Source of the DNA: an uncultured Clostridia bacterium
GTDB lineage: Bacteria > Bacillota > Clostridia > Oscillospirales > Acutalibacteraceae
DNA: 64,000 bases
Direction: 5' to 3'
Assembly (NCBI GenBank): GCA_946484175.1
Contig: CAMLSX010000001.1
Coordinates: 7,559-71,558 of the forward strand
Of this stretch, positions 1-8,794 are shown piece after piece. The stretch's first letter is position 1; every line of letters begins with the position of its first letter. A program made the translations under genes and the position numbers. Below the pieces are notes generated by a model. It was not told the origin of the DNA. It saw nothing but the letters and a program-made list of their open reading frames with translations, and ran no database searches.

Positions 1-706
1 ACCATCCGGCCAGATCACCAGTGATACCGCCGAACTGCTTTTGGGCAATATGATAATACCGCCACAGAATCCAGCCAGCTGCCAGTACCATGGCGACACC
101 AGCCAGACGGCCGACAACAATCAAAGCTGCTGCCAGCACCACGGAAGCCGCCAATAGCACGGCGCAAACCTTCTTTTTATCCGCAGCCGCGGCAAAGGTG
201 TGGGCAAGGCCGGTATTTTTCGCAAGAGGAAACGCCGCGTTGGCGAACCCGGAAAGACTGCGTTCCAGCACAAAGGCAAGTCCCATGCACCACAGTGCCC
301 GAGCGTCCCACTTGACAGAAGCGCACAGAGCAAAATATACCACAAACCAGGTGCAGAGCCGAATGACAGCAAAAGCACCACACCGGGGATCTTTTAGAAT
401 CTCCCGTTTTTTCTCCGGAGAACCATAGCTTCCCAGTGCGTCGCTGGTGTCAGCATAGCCATCCAGATGAATGCCGCCGGTCACCAGTACAGGAATGGCG
501 CACAGTCCGCCTGCCTGTAACAGTACAGAACCGCCCACATAACCCATCAGGGCGACCCAGCCCCAACAGAGAAGGCCACTCACCGCCCCGATCAAAGGGA
601 AGGCGCACAGGGAATACCGCATATTTTTTTCCGTCCACTCCGGCTGAGGGCAAGGGATCGCGGAAAACATGGCAAAAGCCACGGCAATCGTTTGAAAAAA
701 GTTCAT
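1..706 (-). CDS. cobS: Adenosylcobinamide-GDP ribazoletransferase (cobalamin synthase), 3' end beyond window edge
   Basis: Minus-strand ATG at 704-706. Translation reads MNFFQTIAVAFAMFSAIPCPQPEWTEKNMRYSLCAFPLIGAV...TGGIHLDGYADTSDALGSYGSPEKKREI, a polytopic membrane protein with the CobS DGxAD motif. The frame stays open to position 1. 4-nt overlap with the cobU stop. Confidence 0.85.
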   Translation of the reverse strand, partial: MNFFQTIAVAFAMFSAIPCPQPEWTEKNMRYSLCAFPLIGAVSGLLCWGWVALMGYVGGSVLLQAGGLCAIPVLVTGGIHLDGYADTSDALGSYGSPEKKREILKDPRCGAFAVIRLCTWFVVYFALCASVKWDARALWCMGLAFVLERSLSGFANAAFPLAKNTGLAHTFAAAADKKKVCAVLLAASVVLAAALIVVGRLAGVAMVLAAGWILWRYYHIAQKQFGGITGDLAGW

Positions 707-1236
707 TCTGTTCTCCCCTTTCCCTTGTGGCATACAGAGCAACCGCACACCACTTCATACACCGTATCCGCTTCTTTTGCCAGCATCCGGTTCACCTCTG
801 CCAGCACTCGCAGGTAACGCAGGGTGTCCCCTTCATAATCGGAACCGCCGCTGAATACCTCATTAGAAACGATGACCAGCTCTTCGCACTGGCTTTTTAA
901 ATGCCGGATTCCCCGCTGGATGGACGCCACCGCATCGTCTCCAGCACCGTCCGGACTGTACAGCTCATTGGCTGCTAGATTGCTCATACATTCCAGCAGT
1001 ACCACCCCTTTTTGTGGCAGCGTGACCTGTTCCAAATTGACAAAGCACTCCACGGTTGTAAACTGCTTTTTTGCCCGCATTTCCCGGTGGCGGCGAATAC
1101 GAGCTCTGCACTCGTCGTCAAAGGGCTGCATGGTGGCGATATAATATCGGGGTAGGTTTCCAGCGTTCAGCACCAGTTCTTCGGCAAATTCACTTTTTCC
1201 GGAGGCCGCGCCTCCAATCACCAATGTCATCATCAT
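703..1236 (-). CDS. cobU: Adenosylcobinamide kinase / adenosylcobinamide-phosphate guanylyltransferase
   Basis: 177-aa ORF starting MMMTLVIGGAASGKSEFAEEL (P-loop GGAASGKS). Size and context (between cobT and cobS) are typical of CobU. Confidence 0.9.
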   Translation of the reverse strand: MMMTLVIGGAASGKSEFAEELVLNAGNLPRYYIATMQPFDDECRARIRRHREMRAKKQFTTVECFVNLEQVTLPQKGVVLLECMSNLAANELYSPDGAGDDAVASIQRGIRHLKSQCEELVIVSNEVFSGGSDYEGDTLRYLRVLAEVNRMLAKEADTVYEVVCGCSVCHKGKGRTE

Positions 1237-2312
1237 GTATCACCATACGGCACATAGTGTTCAATACCGCTCTGTTCAAAGGTATAGCTTTCCTGATATA
1301 CGGCGCAGGCCATGTCCAAAAGGGGCATGGCGGCCACCGCACCGGTTCCCTCCCCCAGCCGCATTCCGGCGGTAATCAAAGGCTGACGGTGCAAGGCTTC
1401 CAGCACCATCCGACCCGCAGGCTCGGCGGAAACATGGCTGGCAAAGATGGCTTTTTCCGCTTTGGGACACATCCGTACAGCACACAATGCCGCAATGGTG
1501 CTGATGAAACCATCCGCCAGCACCGGCACGTTATAAATAGCACCGCCTAAAAACACACCGCAAATTCCGGCGATATCAAAGCCCCCCACTTTGGAGATGA
1601 TGTCCAGCGGGTCATTGGGGTCTGGCTGATTTTTGGAAAGGGCTGCTTCAATAGCGCGGATTTTCCGCTGCAATCCCTCTTTGGAAAGCCCTGCGCCCCG
1701 ACCGGTCATCTCGGTGACCGGTTTATTGAGAAGCACACAGGCCACCGCACTGGTGGTGGTAGTATTGCCGATGCCCATTTCCCCGGTAGCCAGCAGCCGC
1801 ACGCCCTGCTCCTTCTGCTCCCGCACCAGCTCAATACCGGTGAGTATAGCCTGCGCCGCCTGTTCTCGGGTCATGGCGGGGCCTTTTGAAATATCGCCGG
1901 TAGCATTGGCAATACGGCGATCAAGGACACCCTCTGTAGGCGGGAAATTCAGCACGCCCATATCCACCGGTATCACCTGACAGTTAGCGACTGCCGCCAT
2001 CCGGCACACAGAGGTGCGCTTCATGGCCAGATTTTCGGTGACAATGGCAGTCACATTGCTGGCGGACTGGGTCACCCCCTGGGCGACTACTCCGTTATCG
2101 GCACACAGCACCAGCACCGATCGGGGAAAAAGAGAGAGTTCCGTGCTGCCAGTAAGGGCGGCGATATTTTCAATGGCCGTTTCCAAAAGGCCGAGACTCC
2201 CCAGCGGTTTGGCACAGTCATTCCATTTTTGATGTGCCGCCTCTCGGGCTTTTTCATCCGGCTCGGTGACGGTTTGCAGCTGCTGCTGCAATTTCTGTTC
2301 GTATGGTTCCAT
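1233..2312 (-). CDS. cobT: Nicotinate-nucleotide--dimethylbenzimidazole phosphoribosyltransferase
   Basis: 359 aa, with WNDCAKPLGSLGLLE...GEMGIGNTTTTSA...GEGTGA motifs characteristic of CobT. ATGA overlap with cobU. Confidence 0.92.
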   Translation of the reverse strand: MEPYEQKLQQQLQTVTEPDEKAREAAHQKWNDCAKPLGSLGLLETAIENIAALTGSTELSLFPRSVLVLCADNGVVAQGVTQSASNVTAIVTENLAMKRTSVCRMAAVANCQVIPVDMGVLNFPPTEGVLDRRIANATGDISKGPAMTREQAAQAILTGIELVREQKEQGVRLLATGEMGIGNTTTTSAVACVLLNKPVTEMTGRGAGLSKEGLQRKIRAIEAALSKNQPDPNDPLDIISKVGGFDIAGICGVFLGGAIYNVPVLADGFISTIAALCAVRMCPKAEKAIFASHVSAEPAGRMVLEALHRQPLITAGMRLGEGTGAVAAMPLLDMACAVYQESYTFEQSGIEHYVPYGDT

Positions 2313-2383
2313 TCTGATTCCTTCTTCCTTCCCCTATGGGGCGCAGCGGAAATGATAGCGTGTTTTTGTTTGTTTTATGAGTT

Positions 2384-2661
2384 CTGCTTTTTCGTGGAAA
2401 AAGCAGAGGGAAAATTTATTAGGAACGGAAAAGAAAAACTTTTTTTCTTGCAAAAAGTTTTTCTCTTTGCAATCTTTCCCCGAAAGATTGCAAATTCACT
2501 TTTCAAAAATGCGCCTTTCAGGTTGGGGGTTCCGCTCTCTGCGGAGAGCGGTTTGGGGGCTACTCGCCCCCTTTCCCCCTCGCCACCTTTTATAAAAGGT
2601 GGACGAAAATTTTATATTCGCGGGCAAGTCTGTGCAAGCTTCCCACTTTCTCCACGCGTAC
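2384..2661. repeat. Mosaic multi-hairpin intergenic element, copy A (fills the cbiA-cobT gap)
   Basis: Shares blocks with 7745-8018. These are a hairpin followed by AGGG; AGGAACG; hairpin GAAAAACTTTTT(6-7 nt loop)AAAAAGTTTTTC; AAATTCACTTTTCAAAAATGCGCC; hairpin CCGCTCTCTGCGGAGAGCG; and CCACGCGTAC next to the upstream stop codon. Between them are copy-specific perfect hairpins at 2469-2491, 2555-2571 and 2583-2602. Confidence 0.8.
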
Positions 2662-2669
2662 GGTTTTGG

Positions 2670-4037
2670 TTATTGCGCTTTGCTATACTGCACTGCGGCC
2701 TCTACAAACCGCTGTCCCCACTGGGGATTCCCCCAGAAATACAAATGCGGGAAGGCAGCATACAGGTTTTTTTCTCCAAAACCGCACTGCCAGCTTCTGC
2801 CGGAAACCGGCTTTTCCGCCGTAAAGCCCTCCCCGTTTTCGGTGGAATCCCAATAGTGGAACTCATGCACCGGGATTTGCTCCCCTTTTGCAAAGAGCAG
2901 GCTGTCGCTTTTTGCCGTGAGATGGGCATAGCCAAACCGCACCAGCTTTTCCTTTTTCACTCCATCTCCGGGAAGCACCCCTGCCATGGGATAAGCGGTA
3001 CCGGTTTCGTCCTGAAGGCTTTGCCCCAGATAAAGGAACCCACCGCATTCCGCCACGGTAGGCAGACCGCTTTGGATGGCTTTCTGAATGGCTTCCCGCA
3101 TGGCTTCGTTTTGGGAAAGCTGCTGGGCATACAATTCCGGGTAGCCTCCGGGCAGATACAGTCCGCCAATGTTCTCCGGCAAGCCAGTATCATGCAGAGG
3201 GCTGAACTCCACAAGTTCCGCCCCGGCATCCCGGAAAGCGTCCAGTGTTTCCTCATAAGTAAAACAAAAGGCTTCGTCGTGAGCCACGGCAATTCGGGCT
3301 TTGACCGGTGTCGGAATTGATTTAGGAGTGCTTTTTTCTTCCCTGCCTGCAAACAGCTTCAGCAGCCGTTCCATATCGGTGGTTTCTTCCAGCTTTTGTG
3401 CCAGCACATCAATGCGCTGCTGTAAGCCCTCAATCTCTCCGGCAGTGTAAAGCCCCAGATGGCGGCTTTCAAAAGCGGCTTCCTCCATGTGGGGCAGATA
3501 CCCCAGCACCGGCAGGCCGGTTTCTTTTTCCAGCATAGGGGCTAAACTGCGAAACAGCATGGGCGAGCAATCATTGAGAAAAACGCCCTGAATCCGGCTG
3601 TTTTCCCGAAAACTGCAAAGCCCCTTGATCTGCGCCGCCAGCGTCAGGCTGGCTCCTTTTGGACGGATGACCAGCAAAACGGGAATCTCCAACGTGCTGG
3701 CCACGTGCCATGCGCTGGCCTGAGTGGTGCTGCCGCCTACGCCGTCGTAAAAACCCATGACTCCCTCGCACACAGCAGCACCATGGCCGGAACGATGGCG
3801 CTCATAGAGAGCGCGGAGCCGCTCTTCCCCGCAGAGAAACAAGTCCAGATTGTGGCTCTCCACCCCCAGCACAGAGCGGTGGAACATAGGATCTATGTAG
3901 TCCGGTCCGCACTTAAAGGCACAGGGGGAAAGTCCTCGCTTTGCCAGCGCGGCAAGGAGCGCACAGGTAACGGCGGTTTTTCCGCTGCCAGAGGCGGGAG
4001 CCGCCAGTAATAACTCAACCATCACAATTCCCCGCAA
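2670..4037 (-). CDS. cbiA: Cobyrinate a,c-diamide synthase
   Basis: 455 aa. N-terminal AAPASGSGKTAVTCALL P-loop and a C-terminal glutamine amidotransferase-like domain (ECGGFLYLG). Confidence 0.9.
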   Translation of the reverse strand: MRGIVMVELLLAAPASGSGKTAVTCALLAALAKRGLSPCAFKCGPDYIDPMFHRSVLGVESHNLDLFLCGEERLRALYERHRSGHGAAVCEGVMGFYDGVGGSTTQASAWHVASTLEIPVLLVIRPKGASLTLAAQIKGLCSFRENSRIQGVFLNDCSPMLFRSLAPMLEKETGLPVLGYLPHMEEAAFESRHLGLYTAGEIEGLQQRIDVLAQKLEETTDMERLLKLFAGREEKSTPKSIPTPVKARIAVAHDEAFCFTYEETLDAFRDAGAELVEFSPLHDTGLPENIGGLYLPGGYPELYAQQLSQNEAMREAIQKAIQSGLPTVAECGGFLYLGQSLQDETGTAYPMAGVLPGDGVKKEKLVRFGYAHLTAKSDSLLFAKGEQIPVHEFHYWDSTENGEGFTAEKPVSGRSWQCGFGEKNLYAAFPHLYFWGNPQWGQRFVEAAVQYSKAQ

Positions 4038-5214
4038 TCAGAAAAATGGGATTATTGGCCATGAGCAGGTGAAGGGAACCAGCCGCTTTCCCCCGGCTGA
4101 TGCTGATCTGGGTGATCTCCGGCTGGATGCCGCGATTTTGCAGGGCCTGTACCGCCTGATACAGGGTCTCGATACAGATAGCCGAAATGCAGATTCGGGC
4201 TTTGGGGTTGCGATCCAGCACCAGATTCACCACATTTTCCATGGAGCCCTTAGTGCCGCCGATAAACACCGCGTCGGGCGTTTCCAGCCCGTCCAGCGCT
4301 TGGGGTGCGGCACCCTCAATGAGCCTCAGGTTCCACGCGCCCAGTTTTTCCCGATTTATCCGGATGAGGTCACAGGCTTTTTCATTACATTCCACCGCAT
4401 AGGTGCGGCCCCAAGAAGATGCCAGCGCCAGTTCGATACTCACGCTGCCGGTACCTGCTCCCACATCCCACAAGATGTCGCTGGGGTTGGGAGCCAGCTT
4501 TGCCAACACTGCCGCCCGTACCTCTTGTTTGGTCATAGGCACCTCTCCCCGGGTAAACATGGAATCGGGGAAGCCCGATGTCCGGCGGGTAATGGTCGGG
4601 GCAGGCTCCGCAAGCAATACGCTGAGAGAGTCGAACTTCTCTTTGGCAAACTCTCCGGCAGTACCCCGGCGAATGCGCTGCCCGGAATAGGAAAGATTCT
4701 CCCCTACCACAACGGAAAGCTCCTGTAGCCCTGCTTCTGCCAGCTGCTGGCACAGCTTCGCCGGGCCAAGTTCTCCACCGGTAAGGAAAAACACCGGCTT
4801 GCCCTGCATAACGGCTCCCACTGGGTTGCAGTCCACCCCATGGGCGGAGCAAAGCATCCAGTCCTGCCACGGCCTGCCAAGCGCCGCGGAAAGAAGCTGC
4901 ACACTGGAAATGCCGGGAAGCACGGTATAGGAAATGCCCTCGTTTTCCAGCAAAGGGATTAGGGAGCGGGTGCCGGAATAAAAGCCGGTATCTCCGCTAT
5001 AGAGCACCACACAGCCCTCTCCGTGGGACTGGATGGCTTCAAGGATTTCTCCAGGACGGGTAGCCGGCACACGGTTTTTTGTGTAGGTTTCCGGGAGACC
5101 TTCCAAGAGTCTCCCGGCCCCGATGATACAGGAGGCGTTTTCCAGCGCCTGCCGGCAATCCTCGGTCATGGTGCCCCGACTTCCTCCGCCGGACGCTGCT
5201 AAGATCACCTGCAT
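4015..5214 (-). CDS. cbiET: Cobalt-precorrin-6B/7 methyltransferase, CbiE-CbiT fusion (CobL-like, decarboxylating)
   Basis: 399 aa. N-terminal tetrapyrrole methylase fold (VVLYSGDTGFYSG). C-terminal class I SAM-methyltransferase motif LWDVGAGTGSVSIE. Confidence 0.88.
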   Translation of the reverse strand: MQVILAASGGGSRGTMTEDCRQALENASCIIGAGRLLEGLPETYTKNRVPATRPGEILEAIQSHGEGCVVLYSGDTGFYSGTRSLIPLLENEGISYTVLPGISSVQLLSAALGRPWQDWMLCSAHGVDCNPVGAVMQGKPVFFLTGGELGPAKLCQQLAEAGLQELSVVVGENLSYSGQRIRRGTAGEFAKEKFDSLSVLLAEPAPTITRRTSGFPDSMFTRGEVPMTKQEVRAAVLAKLAPNPSDILWDVGAGTGSVSIELALASSWGRTYAVECNEKACDLIRINREKLGAWNLRLIEGAAPQALDGLETPDAVFIGGTKGSMENVVNLVLDRNPKARICISAICIETLYQAVQALQNRGIQPEITQISISRGKAAGSLHLLMANNPIFLIAGNCDG

Positions 5215-5948
5215 CCCATCATCTCCTTACAAAGTTTTAAAATGGTTTCATAGGGTTCCCCGTCCTCTTTTGGGCGGCGGATGACCACCAAATGTGCCCC
5301 GGTTTGCTGGGCGGCCTGAGCTTTTTCCGCAAAGCCTCCCGCCGCGCCGCCGTCCTTCGTCACCAGCCACTGAATAGAAAACTGATGGATCAGCGCCGTG
5401 TTCAGTTCACAGGAAAAAGGCCCCTGCATGGCAATGACATTGCTCCAGGGAATCTCCATCCCCTCGCAAGCCGCCAGACTTTCCTGCGCCGGCAGTACCC
5501 GGGGAACCAGCCGCTGCCGCTCCACCAGGGCAAAAGCCGCCAGTTCCTTGGCGCCGATGGTGAGGAGGATATTTCCCTCTGTGCCCAGCAAAAACCGGGC
5601 GGCCTCTGCGGCAGAATCCACCAAAATACAGTCCGGCGGGAGTTCGCTTTCTCGACGAAGGAGCCTGTGGCATGGGACGTTTACCGTTTCCGCTGCCGCC
5701 TTAATATTCCGGCTGGCTTCTCTGGCATAAGGGTGGGTAGCATCAATGCACAAATCGGCTCCTGCCAGCACCTTTGCCATCTCCTCTGCGTCCATTCTGC
5801 CGGAAAGGGTGTGAGTGCCCGGGACGTGCTCCTGCATCAATTTCCCATATTCTGTAGCCACACAGACCACCGTTTCGGCTCCCATGACTGCAGTTTCGGC
5901 GGAAAGCTCCCGGCCTTCGGTAGTGCCGCTGAAAATTACCACTCGCAT
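5205..5948 (-). CDS. cbiJ: Cobalt-precorrin-6A reductase
   Basis: 247 aa, MRVVIFSGTTEGREL...IDATHPYA...VTKDGG; CobK/CbiJ family pattern and operon position. Confidence 0.88.
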   Translation of the reverse strand: MRVVIFSGTTEGRELSAETAVMGAETVVCVATEYGKLMQEHVPGTHTLSGRMDAEEMAKVLAGADLCIDATHPYAREASRNIKAAAETVNVPCHRLLRRESELPPDCILVDSAAEAARFLLGTEGNILLTIGAKELAAFALVERQRLVPRVLPAQESLAACEGMEIPWSNVIAMQGPFSCELNTALIHQFSIQWLVTKDGGAAGGFAEKAQAAQQTGAHLVVIRRPKEDGEPYETILKLCKEMMGCR

Positions 5949-6685
5949 TTTTTCTCATATCCTCTGGGAGTCACCATCCGGCCGGAAATCTCCTGAGTGG
6001 TGGAAGAACCGATGAACACCGTAGTAAACATATCCAGCTTAGCATCCCGCAGCTCTTTGAGAGAGAGCACCTGCGCGCTCTGGCCTTCCCGGCCGATATT
6101 CCGCACCCAGCCGCACACGGTATCCGGGGATTTTCCCTCTGCCAGCAGGATGTCGCAGGCCTTAGCCAGATAATCCGCCCGCTTGTGGGAGCTGGGGTTG
6201 TACAAGCACAGGCAGAAATCCCCCCACGCCGCACAGCGCAGCCGCTTTTCGATGACTTCCCACGGGGTGAGAAGGTCGGAAAGGGAAATCACGCAGAAGT
6301 CATGACCCAGCGGCGCGCCCAGCACGGCTCCGCCGGAAAGGGCAGCCGTGACGCCTGCCACTACCTGAATCTCCACGCCGGGATACTGAGGGGACAACTG
6401 GAGCAGCAGTCCTGCCATGCCGTACACGCCGGCATCGCCGCTGCACACCAGCGCCACGTCTTTTCCATTCTGTGCCGTTTCCATAGCCCAGCGGCAGCGG
6501 TCCAATTCCTTTTTCATAGGGGAGGTGTAGGTCTCCTTTTCGGGGAACATGGGCGCTACCAAATCCACATACACGGTATAGCCGCACAGCACCTGTGCCT
6601 TCTCCAGTGCTTCTCTGGCCTGCCCGGTGAGGAACTGCTCTCCCCCAGGGCCAAGGCCTACAACATATAATGTATTCATGGTCAT
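5936..6685 (-). CDS. cbiH: Cobalt-factor III / precorrin-3B C17-methyltransferase
   Basis: 249 aa, LYVVGLGPGGEQFLT...VALVCSGDAGVYGMAG; tetrapyrrole methylase family in the cbiH position. Confidence 0.88.
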   Translation of the reverse strand: MTMNTLYVVGLGPGGEQFLTGQAREALEKAQVLCGYTVYVDLVAPMFPEKETYTSPMKKELDRCRWAMETAQNGKDVALVCSGDAGVYGMAGLLLQLSPQYPGVEIQVVAGVTAALSGGAVLGAPLGHDFCVISLSDLLTPWEVIEKRLRCAAWGDFCLCLYNPSSHKRADYLAKACDILLAEGKSPDTVCGWVRNIGREGQSAQVLSLKELRDAKLDMFTTVFIGSSTTQEISGRMVTPRGYEKKCEW

Positions 6686-6713
6686 CCTCTTCTTTCTTAG
6701 GAAATCCCCGGTA

Positions 6714-7703
6714 TTACCGGTTCCAGTTCCAGTCCAGCCGCAGGGGCTTTTCTGCTGCCGCCATGGTCACGCCGTCGGCGGCAAATTTTTTCACGAATAA
6801 GTCGCCGCCGCTGACAAACACAGCGCTGCGCTCACAGACATTATCCACGCCGGTGATCTGGCTGACAAAAACCGAGGGGGTAAACTCCCCGGGCGCCTGC
6901 CGGAGCTCCTCTGCGGTACAGGTTTGAAGCTCCCAGCCATGGGAGAGGCAAAAGTCAATCAGCCCCAGTTCTTCTTTTTTGAGATCAATACTGGCAACGG
7001 TGCAAATGCTTTCCAGATGCAGCCGGTTTTCCTGCAAAAAGCGTTCCAGTACTGATTCAATGGTACTTTGTGGCGTAGCTTTACGGCACCCTACTCCCAA
7101 CACCACCGTTTTCGGCGCCAGTGACAGCACTGCTTCCTCCTGCCGGACGCTCACCGCCACATCAGCAGGAAGGGTTTCGGCAGCTTCTACCCCGGTTGGG
7201 CATTCGCCTTCTATGGGAGAAGGGCTGTATACCTTCACACTTCCTCCCGCCAGCAATTTGCCGGAAATGAGCTTGATATGCTGGGGGTCGATGACAGACA
7301 ATCCCTGACACCGGGCCCATTCATCCACGGCAAACACGCCGTTGACATCCGTTGCGGTGGTGATGACAGCCTGTGCGCCGCACACTTCACTGACGGCACG
7401 AGCCAGACGGTTTGCCCCACCCAAATGGCCGGAAAGCAGAGGCACAGCAAACTGGGCGCATTCGTCCACGGCCACCACTGCCGGGTCTTTCCACTTTTTT
7501 TGAATATAGGGGGCAATGGCTCGCACAGCAATGCCCACCGCGCCCACAAATACCAGCCCGTCATCATCGGCAAAGTGCTTTTGTGTCCAGTCCGACAGGG
7601 AATCCGGTTCCCCGCAGCGCATCACGCTGCCGCCGAGGGCCTGTACCAGAGAACCGGCAAGGGCAAAGCCTTTTTCAGTAAAGGCCAAAAACGCCAGCTT
7701 CAT
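6714..7703 (-). CDS. cbiG: Cobalt-precorrin-5A hydrolase
   Basis: The ORF track gives 6714-7859. I trimmed it to the ATG at 7701-7703 (MKLAFLAFTEKGFALAG...), which has a GGTGAG RBS. The upstream 52 codons lie inside repeat element B. The CbiG N-, mid- and C-domain pattern is present (VGAVGIAVRAIAP...SIDLKKEE). Confidence 0.85.
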   Translation of the reverse strand: MKLAFLAFTEKGFALAGSLVQALGGSVMRCGEPDSLSDWTQKHFADDDGLVFVGAVGIAVRAIAPYIQKKWKDPAVVAVDECAQFAVPLLSGHLGGANRLARAVSEVCGAQAVITTATDVNGVFAVDEWARCQGLSVIDPQHIKLISGKLLAGGSVKVYSPSPIEGECPTGVEAAETLPADVAVSVRQEEAVLSLAPKTVVLGVGCRKATPQSTIESVLERFLQENRLHLESICTVASIDLKKEELGLIDFCLSHGWELQTCTAEELRQAPGEFTPSVFVSQITGVDNVCERSAVFVSGGDLFVKKFAADGVTMAAAEKPLRLDWNWNR

Positions 7704-7744
7704 CTTTCTCACCGCCAGTCTTTTCTGTGTTGATTTCATAGGGG

Positions 7745-8018
7745 CTGTTTTCCCGCTGGGAAAACAGAGGGTAGCTGCATCAGGAACGAAGAAGAAAAAC
7801 TTTTTTCTTGCAAAAAGTTTTTCTCTTTGAAAGTTTCCACTGGAAGCTTTCAAATTCACTTTTCAAAAATGCGCCCTACGGCATAAGGGCTCCGCTCTCT
7901 GCGGAGAGCGTCCAGGGGCTCCGCGCCCCTGGACCTGCGCCAAAGGAACTAAGTTCCTTTGGAATCCGTATGTTCACGGGAAAACAAACTGCAAATGAGA
8001 AGTACTGTCCACGCGTAC
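7745..8018. repeat. Mosaic multi-hairpin intergenic element, copy B (fills the cbiF-cbiG gap)
   Basis: Same block order as 2384-2661. Conserved linkers and two conserved hairpins, plus copy-specific perfect hairpins at 7745-7767, 7829-7851, 7910-7934 and 7940-7962. It ends 3 nt from the cbiF stop codon. Confidence 0.8.
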
Positions 8019-8020
8019 AG

Positions 8021-8794
8021 TTATTTTTGTTCTGGGGCGCTTGCTTCCCGGAATTCTGTAGTAAAAGTAGGGTCATACAGACGGCTGCGCTCATAACCAG
8101 AATCGAGGAAATCACCAATGAGCAGCAAAGCTGTCTTGCGGATGCCCTCCTCTGCGCCCCTCTGTGCCAAGGTGCCCACGGTGCAGCGAATGACCTTTTC
8201 ATCGGGCCAGGTGGCCTTATAGACGATCGCCGCCGGGGTATCGGCCTGATAACCGCCCCGCAGAAGTTCCTCTTGCACTTCGCTGAGCAGGCCGGAGGAC
8301 AAAAACAGCACCATGGAAGCCTGATGCTGTGCCATCAAGGCCAGTTGTTCCTTTTCCGGCACCGGGGTGCGCCCGGCCATCCGGGTAATAATCAGGCTCT
8401 GGCTCACGCCGGGCAAAGTGTACTCTGCGTTCAAAGCTGCCGCCGCGCCGCAAAAACTGGAAACGCCGGGGGTATCGTCATAGGCAATGCCCTTCTCGTC
8501 CAGCGCGTCCATCTGCTCCCGAATGGCGCCAAACAGGCTGGCGTCTCCTGTGTGAAGGCGCACGGTCATTTTTCCGGCTGCTTCCATGCGGAACATGACT
8601 TCCAGCACCTCTTCCAGTGTCATGGTAGCGCTGTTGTGGATTTCACAGCCCTCTTTCGCCATTTCCAAAAGCGCCGGGTTTACAAGGCTTCCGGCATAAA
8701 TAATACAGTCGGCTTTTTTCAGCAACTCGGCACCCCGCAAGGTAATGAGGTCGGGGGCTCCGGGGCCTGCTCCTACAAAATGTACCATCTTCAC
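8021..8794 (-). CDS. cbiF: Cobalt-precorrin-4 C11-methyltransferase
   Basis: 257 aa, VHFVGAGPGAPDLITLRGAELLKKADCIIYAGSLV...RLHTGDASLFGA; CbiF/CobM signature. Confidence 0.9.
   Translation of the reverse strand: MKMVHFVGAGPGAPDLITLRGAELLKKADCIIYAGSLVNPALLEMAKEGCEIHNSATMTLEEVLEVMFRMEAAGKMTVRLHTGDASLFGAIREQMDALDEKGIAYDDTPGVSSFCGAAAALNAEYTLPGVSQSLIITRMAGRTPVPEKEQLALMAQHQASMVLFLSSGLLSEVQEELLRGGYQADTPAAIVYKATWPDEKVIRCTVGTLAQRGAEEGIRKTALLLIGDFLDSGYERSRLYDPTFTTEFREASAPEQK

Noticed and set aside
2229-3320. 363-aa plus-strand ORF, and the similar 421-aa ORF at 7808-9073. They share peptide stretches such as LQKVFLF...SLFKNAP...PLSAES.
   Set aside because: The shared peptide is just the translation of the repeated intergenic element. 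The rest of each ORF is antisense to bona fide cbiA or cbiF/cbiL, has no RBS and has low-complexity composition. These are shadow ORFs of a high-GC region.
6714-7859. N-terminal extensions offered by the ORF track. Affected genes: cbiG to 7859, cbiL to 9748, cbiK to 11484, cbiC to 15379, hemC from 17470, hemL from 20824, ABC2 from 44896, mcsA from 47570, yfcE to 28169, SBP to 59484, xseB to 61855, tsaD-like to 63946, PLC to 56901.
   Set aside because: The extensions overlap the preceding gene, a terminator or the repeat element, and translate to non-homologous junk. In each case an internal ATG/GTG/TTG with a good SD at proper spacing coincides with the conserved family N-terminus.
2384-8018. 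Possibility that the two repeated elements are a CRISPR array, a riboswitch or a MITE with TIRs.
   Set aside because: There are only two copies about 5 kb apart with genes in between, so there is no repeat-spacer periodicity. No B12-box or other riboswitch core motif that I recognise is present. I could not find terminal inverted repeats or target-site duplications. They are kept as an unclassified mosaic repeat instead.
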